Positions 19,858 through 30,070 are shown, counted from the first letter of the stretch. The stretch is 64,000 bases of DNA from an uncultured Nitrososphaerota archaeon (GCA_963838925.1 CAWISW010000003.1:416001-480000), one strand, 5' to 3'. Made by a program: numbers and translations. Notes: generated by a model from the sequence alone, not told the origin.

Positions 19858-20505
19858 GTGGATTCGCAAGCCGGAGAACTCGCAGGCATAGTCAAATCTG
19901 CGACCGATTCCCAATTACGGGTTCTCCGGGAGGAGGAGAGAGTCACATATCATTCCGGGAACAAACGGTTGGATAGTTTCGCCGTTAGGCAGGAAGACCT
20001 TACCAAATTGCGAGAACGAATAAACCGCATCAAGTCGCTACGAAGCGTTGACAAACAGTTTGTTGCAACTATGCTGGACACTGAAGTTGCAATTGGTTAT
20101 TTTAGGAAGAAGGAGTTCTATGTTAGGACAGGCTTCGTAATCGGCAGATGGAAAGCCTACGTTTCCGTTAAGATGACATACAAAGGTGACATAGCTCGCC
20201 TAGCAACTTTTCTAGGTCTACAGGTACCGAGCAAGACCAAACTGCATTACAATACCTTGAAGGCAACCAAAGAGGGAGTCTGGTGTCTTCAAACAACTGG
20301 AATCATCCCTTATGTGGCAATAAAGACGGTTGCGCCCTTTCTCTATAATGAGAAGACAAAGATTGAAGCCGAGTCAATAATCAAACACGGCCCGTTTGTC
20401 CCCGGCGAATTCCGTCACCCATTCGAGGATGACGGTGGAGTGAGAGTCAAGAGAGGGGTGTGGATTTGGCCCGGCCTAGAGAAGGCGAACCTGCAAACCA
20501 TTTAA
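19858..20505 (+). CDS. Degenerate LAGLIDADG-like protein
   Basis: FVATMLDTEVAIGY, IKTVAPFLYNEKTK; AT-richer than flanks. Confidence 0.5.
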   Translation: MDSQAGELAGIVKSATDSQLRVLREEERVTYHSGNKRLDSFAVRQEDLTKLRERINRIKSLRSVDKQFVATMLDTEVAIGYFRKKEFYVRTGFVIGRWKAYVSVKMTYKGDIARLATFLGLQVPSKTKLHYNTLKATKEGVWCLQTTGIIPYVAIKTVAPFLYNEKTKIEAESIIKHGPFVPGEFRHPFEDDGGVRVKRGVWIWPGLEKANLQTI

Positions 20506-20529
20506 GCGGGTCACAATGCGGTTGAGACT

Positions 20530-20843
20530 GGTGGCGGGTAGGGCTGGGAGGCTAGCCGTCTTCTCCACTCCAACCGGCTATAGGAGTGCCAGTAACCGTC
20601 GGGTAAAGCCATCCCTCCTCTTTCCTGCGCGCCTGGGCGAGATGATCTCACGCCGGAGCGGGCGGTCGCGAGGTGCGGGCTCCTCGAAGGAGGGGTTCTG
20701 ACTCTTGATTGCCGAAACGGGTGAGGTCCGGGAGGGAGCAACCCTAAGGTGACACGGCCACGCTGCTCCGTCTACGTGTGGGATCGCCCGGTGTGCGCGA
20801 TTGGGAGGGGACGGGGTGGTGAACTCCGGCGGGTCTGCCACCA
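20530..20843 (+). ncRNA. ffs: SRP (7S) RNA
   Basis: Helix 8 AGGTCCGGGAGGGAGCAACC, helix 6 CTCCTCGAAGGAG, terminal pairing GGTGGCGGGT/GGTCTGCCACC, about 314 nt, TTTAAG upstream. Confidence 0.92.
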
Positions 20844-20871
20844 TTTTGTGGCGAACACCGCGGTCCGTTAA

Positions 20872-22206
20872 ATGCGAACGCGCCTTCATAGTAGGTGCCA
20901 TGAGATGAGACAGACGTTCGAGCGCTCCCCATACAGGCACCTCCTCGAGGACCCGGTGGTCCTCGGCTGGGTAACGGAGGGACAGAGGGGGAGCCCGGCC
21001 CTCGCGGGAGGGAGGTTCAGGCGCCTGGGGAACGCGTGCGCCGCATTGAAGACGACCCCGGCAGAGCTCGCTAAGATGGACGAGAGGCAGGCCGTGGGCT
21101 TCCTGCGGCAGCTCGTGGGCGTGTGCGAGGCGAGGGGGATCACGGGCGTGACGACCAAGGGCTACGTCACGGCGGTCAAGAGCTGGTGGCGCTTCAACGA
21201 CCTCGAGGTGAGGAAGAGGGTGACGATCAGGCAGGGGGCGGGGATCTACGACAACGAGCGCATCCCGACGAGGGAGGAGCTCCAGAGGATCCTCGACGTC
21301 TCGCCCATGAGGGAGAAGGTCGCCGCCTCGCTCATCGCCTTCTGCGGATTCAGGCCGCAGGTCTTCGGCGACTTTTTGGGGACGGACGGGCTCGTGCTCG
21401 GGGACGTCCCCGAGATGGAGGTGGCGGGGAGGGAGGTGCGGTTCTCGAAGGTGCCGGCCCTCGTCAGGGTGAGGAAGACGATAAGCAAGAAGCGGAACGC
21501 GTACTTCGCGTTCGCGCCGCAGCAGGCCTGCGACTACCTGAAGAACTACCTCGAGCGGCGGATCGGCCGCGGCGAGGGGCTCTCCCCGGAGTCGCCGCTG
21601 CTCACCTCGGTCTGGGACTACGACCCGCGCCAGGCCGCGCGCATCCGTACGGCCAACATCCAGAAGACCATCGGGAAGTCGATGAGGAAGGCCGGGTTCG
21701 GGTGGCGCCCGTACGTGCTCCGCAGGTACTTCGACGTGCGGATGATGGAGGCGGAGGCCGACGGCCTGATCATCCCCGACTGGCGCGCGTTCTGGATGGG
21801 GCACGCCGGGAGCATGGAGGCGACGTACACGGTGAACAAGGCGCTCCCGGAGGCGACCATCGAGAAGATGCGCGAGGCCTATGGGAGGGCGTGCGAGAAG
21901 CACCTCACCACCGGGAAGGCGGAGGGGGTCACCAGGGAGACGATGCTCGCGACGTTCAACAGGCGCTTCCTCAAGCTCTCTGGGTGGGCGGACGGGGAGG
22001 TCGAGGCCCTCGGCGACCTCAGCGCGATCGGGGAGGAGAGGCTGCAGGAGCTGCTCGAGCAGAAGAGCATGCGGAAGCTGGGCCTCAACGGGAACAGGCA
22101 GAAGGTGGTGCAGATCGGCGATGTCAAGAGGTTCATCGAGGAGGGGTGGGAGTACCTGTCGACGCTCCCCTCGGGGGAGGCAATCGTCAGGCTTCCGGGC
22201 GGCTAG
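20872..22206 (+). CDS. Tyrosine recombinase/integrase (start may be 20905)
   Basis: GFRPQ (R), ISKK (K), PYVLRRYF (H/Y-x-x-R), WMGH, ATY (Y). Confidence 0.9.
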   Translation: MRTRLHSRCHEMRQTFERSPYRHLLEDPVVLGWVTEGQRGSPALAGGRFRRLGNACAALKTTPAELAKMDERQAVGFLRQLVGVCEARGITGVTTKGYVTAVKSWWRFNDLEVRKRVTIRQGAGIYDNERIPTREELQRILDVSPMREKVAASLIAFCGFRPQVFGDFLGTDGLVLGDVPEMEVAGREVRFSKVPALVRVRKTISKKRNAYFAFAPQQACDYLKNYLERRIGRGEGLSPESPLLTSVWDYDPRQAARIRTANIQKTIGKSMRKAGFGWRPYVLRRYFDVRMMEAEADGLIIPDWRAFWMGHAGSMEATYTVNKALPEATIEKMREAYGRACEKHLTTGKAEGVTRETMLATFNRRFLKLSGWADGEVEALGDLSAIGEERLQELLEQKSMRKLGLNGNRQKVVQIGDVKRFIEEGWEYLSTLPSGEAIVRLPGG

Positions 22207-22279
22207 CTGGACACTTGGAGTCGCGTTTTGCCTTTGTGCAGTTGTGGAAGCGAGAGTCACGCGCTTTCCTTCGCTCGAG

Positions 22280-22510
22280 TCATGAACTGGAGCGGTTCAG
22301 CTCGCGGTAGAGCAACCTTGAGTAGAGCTTGAGCTTGATCAGCAACTCGTCCTCTGGGACGTGGTCGGGCTCCGAGAGGATAAGGTCCCTGAGGGCGCTC
22401 GAAGAAGGGAGCGTGGTTCTCGCAAGGTTCTTCAGGTCGACGATGCTCACGAGGGCCTGGGCGCGGTCGGGAGACTGCATGCTTCCACTGACGGTAGCCT
22501 GCTGCCGCAT
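22280..22510 (-). CDS. Small hypothetical protein
   Basis: Compact 76-aa ORF with plausible composition. Confidence 0.5.
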   Translation of the reverse strand: MRQQATVSGSMQSPDRAQALVSIVDLKNLARTTLPSSSALRDLILSEPDHVPEDELLIKLKLYSRLLYRELNRSSS

Positions 22511-22754
22511 TTAACAGGGCATGGCCTCTGAACCGACATGGCTGGGAGTCCATTCCTCACGGTGAGGGTGCATCAACAGTTGACTTCTTGGCCATCCGCT
22601 CAGGCGCGAGGAGAAGGGCCTGCGATACCCACACGCCTTCGATTCGCACGACCTGGTCAAAATCCCCTCTCCAGTAATGGCCCCTACTTGCCCGGGCCCG
22701 GCGGGTTGCTCTTGAAAAATTAAGCGCGAGTCGTTGCGAATGGATTTGAGAACG

Positions 22755-23510
22755 TCAGCCGTTGACCACCGTGAAATGCATGACCGACACTTGACCCCAC
22801 TCGTCCTCCACCGCCACACTGTAGGTTCCAGGAGTGAAGGGTGTTGTTGGCGGAGGTCCTCCATTGCCGCCCCCGATTATGGGATTCTGTGAACCCGAGA
22901 AGTTTGCGAGGTTCCAATAACCACTCGTGGTAAAGTTGTATGACATGACATAGGGCCCGAATTCTTGGACGACTCCCGGCCCCGGTCCAGTCCAAGTGAC
23001 GTTTGCCATGTCGCTGTCAGGCTGGAACGTGATGGTTTTCGCAATCAGGGCGCTATAGCAAGTATATCCGAAGGTGGCGTTGACAGCAGTTGGCAACTGC
23101 TGGACAGAGTAGTTTCCGCTGACAATTTCTACTTCGAGAGGGTAGTTCAAATGACAGGCGCCCCAAGGAGTGACTGGAACACCTTCGAACGACCAGTCAG
23201 TGGACGGAAGGACCGTTGCAACAGTTGGTAGGATGTTCGTTACCCAAATAGAAAGACTCAGATTCTGACCCACTACCAGGTTAGCAGAATTGAGGGATGT
23301 TGTCAACCTAAGGATAGTTGATGCGTTTGATTGGATGAATGAGGATGAAGTCGTCTGTGATGTTCCGGTTGCCGTGATGCCCGACTCCGAACTTCTCGAG
23401 CCGGACCCTTTCTTAGGATAGAGGAGGGCCAAAGTTAAGGCTCCGACTAGAATTATGACAATCAGTCCTATGACAAGTGGAACCTTATGACTATGCCGAC
23501 TTAGATTCAT
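22755..23510 (-). CDS. Membrane-anchored extracellular protein, paralog of 57096-57773
   Basis: N-terminal TM; FTPGTYSVAVEDEWGQVSVMHFTV versus FQPGEYTVAAGDSWGQEDILHFRV. Confidence 0.75.
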   Translation of the reverse strand: MNLSRHSHKVPLVIGLIVIILVGALTLALLYPKKGSGSRSSESGITATGTSQTTSSSFIQSNASTILRLTTSLNSANLVVGQNLSLSIWVTNILPTVATVLPSTDWSFEGVPVTPWGACHLNYPLEVEIVSGNYSVQQLPTAVNATFGYTCYSALIAKTITFQPDSDMANVTWTGPGPGVVQEFGPYVMSYNFTTSGYWNLANFSGSQNPIIGGGNGGPPPTTPFTPGTYSVAVEDEWGQVSVMHFTVVNG

Positions 23511-23613
23511 GACTCAATGCCTTCAAGCAAGGCATGCCTCGTTTTGAACTCTTTGCCCAACAGAATCAAGCCGGGTATCCATTTGCAAGCCGCGTAGATG
23601 CGAAAAAGGTGAA

Positions 23614-24576
23614 TCAAGTTCCGCAGCTATTCTGGTAAGTCCACGTAAAGTCACCAGTGATGCTGTTGGGGGTGGATAGAGCCAGGTTATATGGCGATCC
23701 ACAATTATCCATCACGTAGGTATTGTCGTTGCCATTGTGGAAGGGCGTGTAGTAAAATTGGCAGCTCGTCGTGGAATCGCATATCGCAGGATAGATGGCG
23801 GTCACTGAGCTGAAAGTTGGTAGGGCAGCTGTTCCGCCGCTCAATGTCGGGATTTCAGCAATAGTCTGAGACCAGTAGGCCGTGCCTGACTGGCTCAGCA
23901 CACCGCTCGCGCAACCCCAGCCTGCTCCATTATTGGCAGTGTAATCATTCACGAAGGCTTCGTATTGGCTTGAGCTACCACCCCAATATGGCCCCCACTC
24001 TTCGAGCGCTAGCATATAGTCGCCAGTGCTTACAGGATACGAACTTGTTGAGCATGTTCCCAACGTCGAACCGCCCGAGTAAAGCCAGTCCCACCAAGCG
24101 TCATAAGTCGCTGACCCGCATGAGCCTCCAGAGGTGCAGGTGATGGTTCCAGCGGTGCCCGACTGTACCAGGAAACCTCCTCCGCCTGCATTCTGAGACA
24201 TTCCAGTCCAAATGCCTAAATCGCAAGTGTACGGAGATGATGCGTAACACTGACTATTGGAACTGACAGACGGCTGGTAGAAGTACGAGTCCGTGTCGTA
24301 CACCGCCTGTGCACTCCCACCGGAAATATATTGCACCCCATATCCCGACCATTGGCAGCATGGTGCGTAAACCGTCGTGGTAACGTTAATCCCAAGCACC
24401 CGGCTCATAGCGGGATTCTCCCAGACCTGAACCGTTTCAGGGACATTGTAACTCCCAACCTTGGTAACTATTCCTGGAACACTGAAAAGTACTGCGAGTT
24501 CTCCGAGGGCATCGACGCTGCAAGATTGAGAATGGAGACTAAAGTCCCCGGAAACAACTTTGCCAGAGTGTCTCAT
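23614..24576 (-). pseudogene. G1 (glutamic) peptidase-like gene, 5'-truncated
   Basis: WSGY, IWTG, LVQSGT, IAEIP; lacks signal peptide and about 80 N-terminal residues relative to 31462-32745. Confidence 0.65.
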
Positions 24577-24773
24577 TCAGCTCCTCAACGTACACCGCGA
24601 AAGACTACTACTCAGGTCATGGTTGGAGCGGGTTCAACACCGCCCCGTCTGGATACGCCTGGAGTGCCGTCGGCGACTGGATTTATCAAGGCACCTCTGA
24701 CATTACCACTGCTATTGTAAGCGGCAGTACAACCCAGTTCACTGAGACGTACGTCTCTAGTCAACAAATATAG
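24558..24773 (+). pseudogene. 3' fragment of another G1-peptidase-like gene
   Basis: Manual translation ending ...GSTTQFTETYVSSQQI*, resembling the C-termini FTQTYDSS and FTWTYQNS. Confidence 0.5.
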
Positions 24774-24796
24774 GGACGCTCCATCCAATATGCTGA

Positions 24797-25282
24797 ATGA
24801 GCATGAAGACCGCTGTCACAATGGCTTTAGTCCTCCTCTCCGTTGCGTTTGGCACAATTGTCTCTTTCGAGGCAATCTCACTTCGTGAGAGTAACGTGGG
24901 CGCTCAGTCATCTACCATCGAAAATATCGGGACACTTGAAGTCACAACGTCTTCTTCCTTGTGCCCCGGATTGCAGGATAACATGATTGCCCTGAACAAA
25001 ACAATCGCCGCGATTCAACAGAACGCCACCTTTGTTCTTCTTGAGAAAGGAATGGGCTACAACTATTCTTCAGATGAGGTGTCTTACATACACTATGACA
25101 ACGGAACGAATGTTTGCGAGAATGCGATCTTGCAGTTCACCCCTGAAATTCCTAATTGCGGTCCGACCATTGTTGCTATGGTGACTGCGGGTGGTAGCAT
25201 TGTTGCAGTCTACTCTGCTTCTGCTCTGAGTAACCATGGTTACACTCAGTCTTACTCAACCAATTCAACCAGCGGGTGCTGA
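24797..25282 (+). CDS. Secreted or membrane-anchored hypothetical protein
   Basis: Signal/TM segment, several Cys and N-x-S/T sequons. Confidence 0.65.
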   Translation: MSMKTAVTMALVLLSVAFGTIVSFEAISLRESNVGAQSSTIENIGTLEVTTSSSLCPGLQDNMIALNKTIAAIQQNATFVLLEKGMGYNYSSDEVSYIHYDNGTNVCENAILQFTPEIPNCGPTIVAMVTAGGSIVAVYSASALSNHGYTQSYSTNSTSGC

Positions 25283-25345
25283 AGTCAAAGTCTGTCGAGT
25301 TTGAGAGCAATTTGCCCCAGTTCAGTTTCTGTCCGAATCGGAGGC

Positions 25346-25600
25346 GACATCCACTACCTCACCCCAGACCTCCGCATCATTCCCTTCTGCTCGTTCAACG
25401 TGATTGCCGAGTGGTATCGCGACAAGATCCAGCAAAAGTACGGCCTGCCAATCGAGGCGTGGGAAGCCAAGAACGGCAAGAAGCTCGAAGACGGGCTCTA
25501 CAGAGGAACCCTAAGGCGCGGCGGCCACCACGCAGGCTGCGGATGCGCGGTCGGAGAGCGGGGCGAGGAAGTCCACATCCAGCCTATCACGGGAACTTAG
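25346..25600 (+). pseudogene. 3'-terminal fragment of a Tes-like (tetraether synthase) radical SAM gene
   Basis: DIHYLTPDLRIIPFCSFNVIAEWYRDKIQ...KLEDGLYRG resembles the C-terminus of Tes/MJ0619-family proteins. Confidence 0.7.
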
Positions 25601-26090
25601 CTCACATGACCGGCCCGACTATGCGAAGGGCCGAGCAGCAGCGGGCGCAGCGGGGTCTGCGGGAGCCTGTTAAGCTGGGAACGCAGGCTTGAAGAGCAGG
25701 CCTGCCCTCCACGACCTTCAGATTGACTCCTCGGCCCGAGGAACCAAAGGAGTACGCGATGACGGTGGTCAATCTTGATCTGCCTCTTGGAGGACGTTGC
25801 ACCGGAGCAGGAGCCTACTCTCGACATCAGTGAGATTCCTCTCCAGAAGCCCACCGACGGCTCCTCTACTGCCGCACACCCTCTTGCGAGGTTAGCGCAG
25901 CAGCTTCACATGATGCCGTTTCGGCCACCGTTCTTGATGGCCAACCCTCCTGTCTTGTCGACAGGAGAGCACCCGTTGCTCAACCCAGCGGTCGAGTCGG
26001 GATCTTCAGGGGGAAAATTGAATCTCTCCACGTGGGAGGAAAAGGGCCCAGAGCCCGCGTCCCCATGTCTGCGAAGGAAACTTCCGTCCG

Positions 26091-26417
26091 TCACTTCGTC
26101 ACTGTTGCAAGCTCGCCGAGGATTTTCTTGCCCGGGTCGGTAAGGAAGTAGCTCGAGTACGAAGCCTTGCCCTTCCTGTCGTAGGTGAAGCTCACTAGCC
26201 TCATCGCCTTCAACACGCCGAGATGGTATGCAACAAGCGCCTTGTCCTCCTTGAACCTCTTTGCTATGTCGTTGAACGCTATCCCGGGGTTCTCAGCTAT
26301 CAGCAGGAAGGCGTCCAGCCGTATCCGATTTTGCAGAGCGCCATACAGCATCAGCTTGCGCTGTGCCTCCTTGCGGCTGATTCCCTGTAGCTTGCTGCTT
26401 TGCATGCTGCGAGTCAT
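26091..26417 (-). CDS. ArsR-like winged-helix regulator
   Basis: ALQNRIRL...YHLGVLK...YFLTDPG. Confidence 0.8.
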   Translation of the reverse strand: MTRSMQSSKLQGISRKEAQRKLMLYGALQNRIRLDAFLLIAENPGIAFNDIAKRFKEDKALVAYHLGVLKAMRLVSFTYDRKGKASYSSYFLTDPGKKILGELATVTK

Positions 26418-26666
26418 TCTCTCACTCCCTCGCTCTTGGATATAAGGCTTTTTAATAGTTAAATGCAGTTTGAACTTCTAAGAACCCAAAAAATGTCTCA
26501 CGCTAAACGAGGTGCCGAAATTGTCCAAAAGTAAACCAACAACTGTCCGTTCCCTTTCCCAAACCCTCCGAGGAACCATGATTTTCAGGAATCACTGAAC
26601 TGGAAGCCTAGAGGGCAAGTTTCGCTAGCTCGTTAGTAGCCAGCCACATTCTCGCCATCGAAGGCG

Positions 26667-26999
26667 TTAAGGTATACCAGGGACGTGCTCCTGGAGCTCC
26701 TTGAGTTCCTGCTTCCCCCGATCTGTCAGGAAATAGCTCGACGACACCGCCTTCCCTTTCCTTTCGGTGGTGAAGCGAACCAGACCGCCTGCGTGAAGGA
26801 TCGCGAGCTCAACTGCGACGTGCGCCTTTTCGACTTTCAACTCCCGGCAAATCTGTCTGAAGCTTACTCCCTGGTTCTTCGCAATCATGAAGAAAGCCCT
26901 CAACCGCATGCGATTGCCGAGCGCCGTGTAGACCGAGAGCTTCGCGTAAGCTTTCTTGAGTTCTGGACCTTCCAACTTGCTCTTCGTGTCCATCGCCAT
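26667..26999 (-). CDS. ArsR-like winged-helix regulator, paralog of 26091-26417
   Basis: ALGNRMRL...RKGKAVSSSYFLTDRG. Confidence 0.8.
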   Translation of the reverse strand: MAMDTKSKLEGPELKKAYAKLSVYTALGNRMRLRAFFMIAKNQGVSFRQICRELKVEKAHVAVELAILHAGGLVRFTTERKGKAVSSSYFLTDRGKQELKELQEHVPGIP

Positions 27000-27170
27000 C
27001 CATGCCTGAGAAAGGGAGGTAGAAATAGATGACCCGTTCTACATGAGAGTTCATATTTTGTAGCCTGTTAGAGGGCCTCCCTCTCCATTTCCGAAAAGGC
27101 CCCTATACTCTTCACAAAGCCCTCAAGGTTTGCCAGGAACCCTTCGTGGTACAGAATTTCTAACCGGAAT

Positions 27171-27195
27171 GGTTCGAATCCCACCGGGCCCGCCA
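27171..27195 (+). repeat. Isolated tRNA 3' fragment (att remnant)
   Basis: GGTTCGAATCCCACCGGGCCCGCCA with no 5' half nearby. Confidence 0.75.
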
Positions 27196-27273
27196 TTTCC
27201 TCAGTACCGAACCCCCCTAGCTTTTAGTCGTGGTCAAGGGTTCGAGTCGGAAGGGATTCGCGTGAACCTCCCT

Positions 27274-27411
27274 TTACTTTTCGAACAACCTGCCCGTCCA
27301 CTCAAGCATCTGCTCCTTGTGACTCTGGAGGAAGGGCATGTTCAGGTAGTGGTGAAGGGACGTCATCATGGTGTGCCCCTGGCTCAGGAAGATTTCGGCC
27401 GCACGCTCTGG
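27274..27411 (-). pseudogene. C-terminal remnant of a second tyrosine integrase
   Basis: Manual translation PERAAEIFLSQGHTMMTSLHHYLNMPF (GH...Y). Confidence 0.65.
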
Positions 27412-27958
27412 GTTCCAGCTTCCGCACTGTCAAACTTTCGGCTGGTGGAGCAGAGCCCAACTTTGAGCCAGCCCGGAAAATATCACCTGCCGAAGAGCCC
27501 AGCAGGCTGTTCATACAGCACTTGCGATTGGTTCCATAGTCGCTTTATACGTAGCTTGCGATTCCACAGACGGAAAAGGTATGCCACCGTTCATGAGAAG
27601 GAAACGCTCGGGTGAGAAAATAGCATTGCGGTATGCGCGTACCTAATTTTTGCGCGTTGCGAGGAAAGCTTGGTGCCTTCTCCCTTTTGTTGCGTCTACG
27701 ATTCTAACGCCTGGGTTTCGCTCGTCATACCACTCGTTGGTCTGATCACTCTGATTTCACCGTGGCTTGAGCTCGAAGGTCAAAAGACGAACGTGCACAA
27801 CTGGGCTCGCGCACTCAGCTCGTGCCGAAGGATTTCGACAGAATCATAGACTCCCGGGAGCTTTAGCGCGTTACAATAGCATCAATGTGGTGACCTGTTA
27901 TGCCGCATGCGCGCTACCGCATTTGACACTGAGTTCCGAATCAGGCGATCTTCGCATT

Positions 27959-28822
27959 TCAGCCATCCAGCATCCCTGCGCCCTCCAGAACCGTAAGGGC
28001 CTTCTCTTTCACAAAGGCGTTTATCGACTTCCAATCTTCCAGGTAGCTGCGCCTAGACTCCGAGGGCAGTTTTATGGCGTTCCGCGCGTTGCGGGGGTCG
28101 GACGTTTCCTTGAACCTCTGGAAAAGCTCGGGCTTCCTGATCCTCGACCCTGTCGCTGATAGCGCGGCGATGATTTCGGAGTCGTCCACCGATATATCGC
28201 TCGAATTGAAGAGCGCGTAGATGTCGAAGATGTCCTTGTAAAGGTCCTTGACCTTCCTGTGCGGCATGATCCGGATCTTGCTAGCTATGATCAGCGCCGG
28301 CGAAAGCACCGGGACCTCCTCCTTGACGTATTCGACCCCGATGTATGATTTCGGCTTCCTCATCTCGTACTTGCCGAAGGCGAGCGTGTTCGAGATGGTC
28401 ACGTAGAACTCCGGGTCGACGTCGCCGGACTTGAAGGACTGGCTGTACCGCTTGAGGAGCGCGACCGTGCACCTCTTCAGTTCGGCGGGGACGGCCGAAT
28501 CGTACCGCTTGAACCTGCCCTCCGACTCCGCGCCGTACCCTACCTCTTTGAGGTCCCGGAAACCGCTGACCTCCCTCAGGATGTTGTGGACGTCCCCGTC
28601 GTTCGAGTAGAAATCGAGGTCTATGCTGAACCTCTGGAGCTCCTGCGGCAGGTAGGCGCGCACGCCGTGCCCCCCGCCGAGACAGAGGGGGCTCTTCGGC
28701 TTCATCAGCCCGCCGGCGCGAAGCTCCTCGATCGTGACCAGCAGCTGGTACTCCCTCTCGACGAAGGACTCCTGCAGCCCCAGCCTCTTTGCTATCTCTT
28801 GTATCTGCCTGTCGGAGACTAT
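27959..28822 (-). CDS. AbiEii-like nucleotidyltransferase toxin (type IV TA), inferred ATA start
   Basis: FVEREY upstream of the first ATG, LGGGHG, RFSIDLDF, ASKI, KDIFDIY. Confidence 0.82.
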   Translation of the reverse strand: MVSDRQIQEIAKRLGLQESFVEREYQLLVTIEELRAGGLMKPKSPLCLGGGHGVRAYLPQELQRFSIDLDFYSNDGDVHNILREVSGFRDLKEVGYGAESEGRFKRYDSAVPAELKRCTVALLKRYSQSFKSGDVDPEFYVTISNTLAFGKYEMRKPKSYIGVEYVKEEVPVLSPALIIASKIRIMPHRKVKDLYKDIFDIYALFNSSDISVDDSEIIAALSATGSRIRKPELFQRFKETSDPRNARNAIKLPSESRRSYLEDWKSINAFVKEKALTVLEGAGMLDG

Positions 28823-29526
28823 GGGAACCCAGACCCCTTCGCTTCCTCCAGCTCCCGGAGAACCTCTTCAAGGACCCCCCTGCTCTTCGCATACGACCTC
28901 AGGAAGTCCGTGTCGACGCTATGGCGGGAGTTTGTGATCGCCTCGGCGACGTTCTCGACGAACACCCTGGACTGCTTCTCCGCGACGGCGTCCACCAGCA
29001 GCTTCTCCGGCCTCGACACCTGCAGCAGCCCGATCTTCTTTGCGGATGCCGTGTTGCGGTCCTCGACTATCCTGGAATTCGAAGTAAAATCCGAGTCCAT
29101 GGCCTTGGAGAGCGTTCGACTGGCAAATCTCCTGAACGCCTTCTGGTTCCCGGTCCTGATCTCGATCTCGGGATCAGGCTCGGCGTCTTTCACGGGCAAC
29201 TGCTTCTCGAGCGCGAGCTCTCCGCCCAGCGATGCATCGCTGAGGCCCTTTCTGGACAGGAACGCCATCGTCAGCTGCGCCTTCTTTGCCCTGTTGGTCT
29301 GAAGCGCTATGAGGAATGGGTAGACCGCATCCACGTCCTCGTCCCTGATCCTGAGCTTCTTCTCCCTGCCCGCCTTCTGGAAGGCCACGAACGGGAAGGA
29401 GGATGCCTTGTATAACGTGGTCGGGTACGACAGGCCAGTTGCCCTGGCCAGCTGGCTCACGCTGAGCTCCCCGTTGAGCGCCAGCTGTTCCAGAAGCCTC
29501 CCTTCAGTACCGTACACGTTTGCCAT
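28819..29526 (-). CDS. AbiEi-like antitoxin with N-terminal wHTH
   Basis: LSVSQLARATGLSYPT, SRPEKLLVDA; overlaps toxin gene. Confidence 0.75.
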   Translation of the reverse strand: MANVYGTEGRLLEQLALNGELSVSQLARATGLSYPTTLYKASSFPFVAFQKAGREKKLRIRDEDVDAVYPFLIALQTNRAKKAQLTMAFLSRKGLSDASLGGELALEKQLPVKDAEPDPEIEIRTGNQKAFRRFASRTLSKAMDSDFTSNSRIVEDRNTASAKKIGLLQVSRPEKLLVDAVAEKQSRVFVENVAEAITNSRHSVDTDFLRSYAKSRGVLEEVLRELEEAKGSGFP

Positions 29527-29560
29527 TTTCGGCTTACCTGATGTTCCTTCCAGCGGCTCT

Positions 29561-29584
29561 ACCTATTAAGAGTTTTTAATAGGT
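29561..29584. promoter_or_regulatory. Inverted repeat over the TA promoter (probable operator)
   Basis: ACCTATTAA-N6-TTAATAGGT. Confidence 0.6.
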
Positions 29585-30021
29585 TTCCGAACGCAAGCGC
29601 AGTCTCAATTGGCTTGCCAAATCGGCATTCAAGGATTGCCGATCACATCGTCGAGTTCTGCCTCGACAACCATGACGACAAATGCCTACGGAACGATTTC
29701 AGGGAACTCCAACGTGGCCTCGTGAGCGGGTCGCCTTGCACGTATTTTGGAAAGCGGGGCGCAAAAACTTCTAACATTTGCAAGTTGCAACATTTGAAAG
29801 TATGGCGTTCAGGCTAGCTCCGATATCAGGGAAGGGTTTCATCGGAAGGGACCACGGCGACGGACTTTTTGAAGATGGTGCAGAAGGTGCTCGCGACGCA
29901 GGTGCGGGCGCGAGACGAGTCGACCATCCTCGATCTCGATATCCGACCGCAGCGCTCCACAACATGTCCAATCATTTAGAAGGCGATTAAATGGCGGACC
30001 TGCCGAGCCCTGTTGACATAA

Positions 30022-30070
30022 GGGGGCTCAACAGTTGAGCCCCCGAATTCGGCGGACCAACAGTTGGTCC
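30022..30070. repeat. Two palindromes with CAACAGTTG core
   Basis: GGGGGCTCAAC-A-GTTGAGCCCCC and GGACCAAC-A-GTTGGTCC. Confidence 0.75.

Noticed and set aside
20530-20843. RNase P RNA
   Set aside because: No GAGGAAAGTCC-type P4 motif; helix 8 and terminal pairing fit SRP RNA.
25600-26090. Short ORFs in degraded island DNA (also 27420-27950, 29600-30600, 32752-33130)
   Set aside because: No recognisable motifs in the frames I translated; probably remnants.
27219-27250. Second tRNA-like fragment (GCTTTTAGTCGTGGTCAAGGGTTCGAGTC)
   Set aside because: No T-stem closure or acceptor strand; too weak to call.
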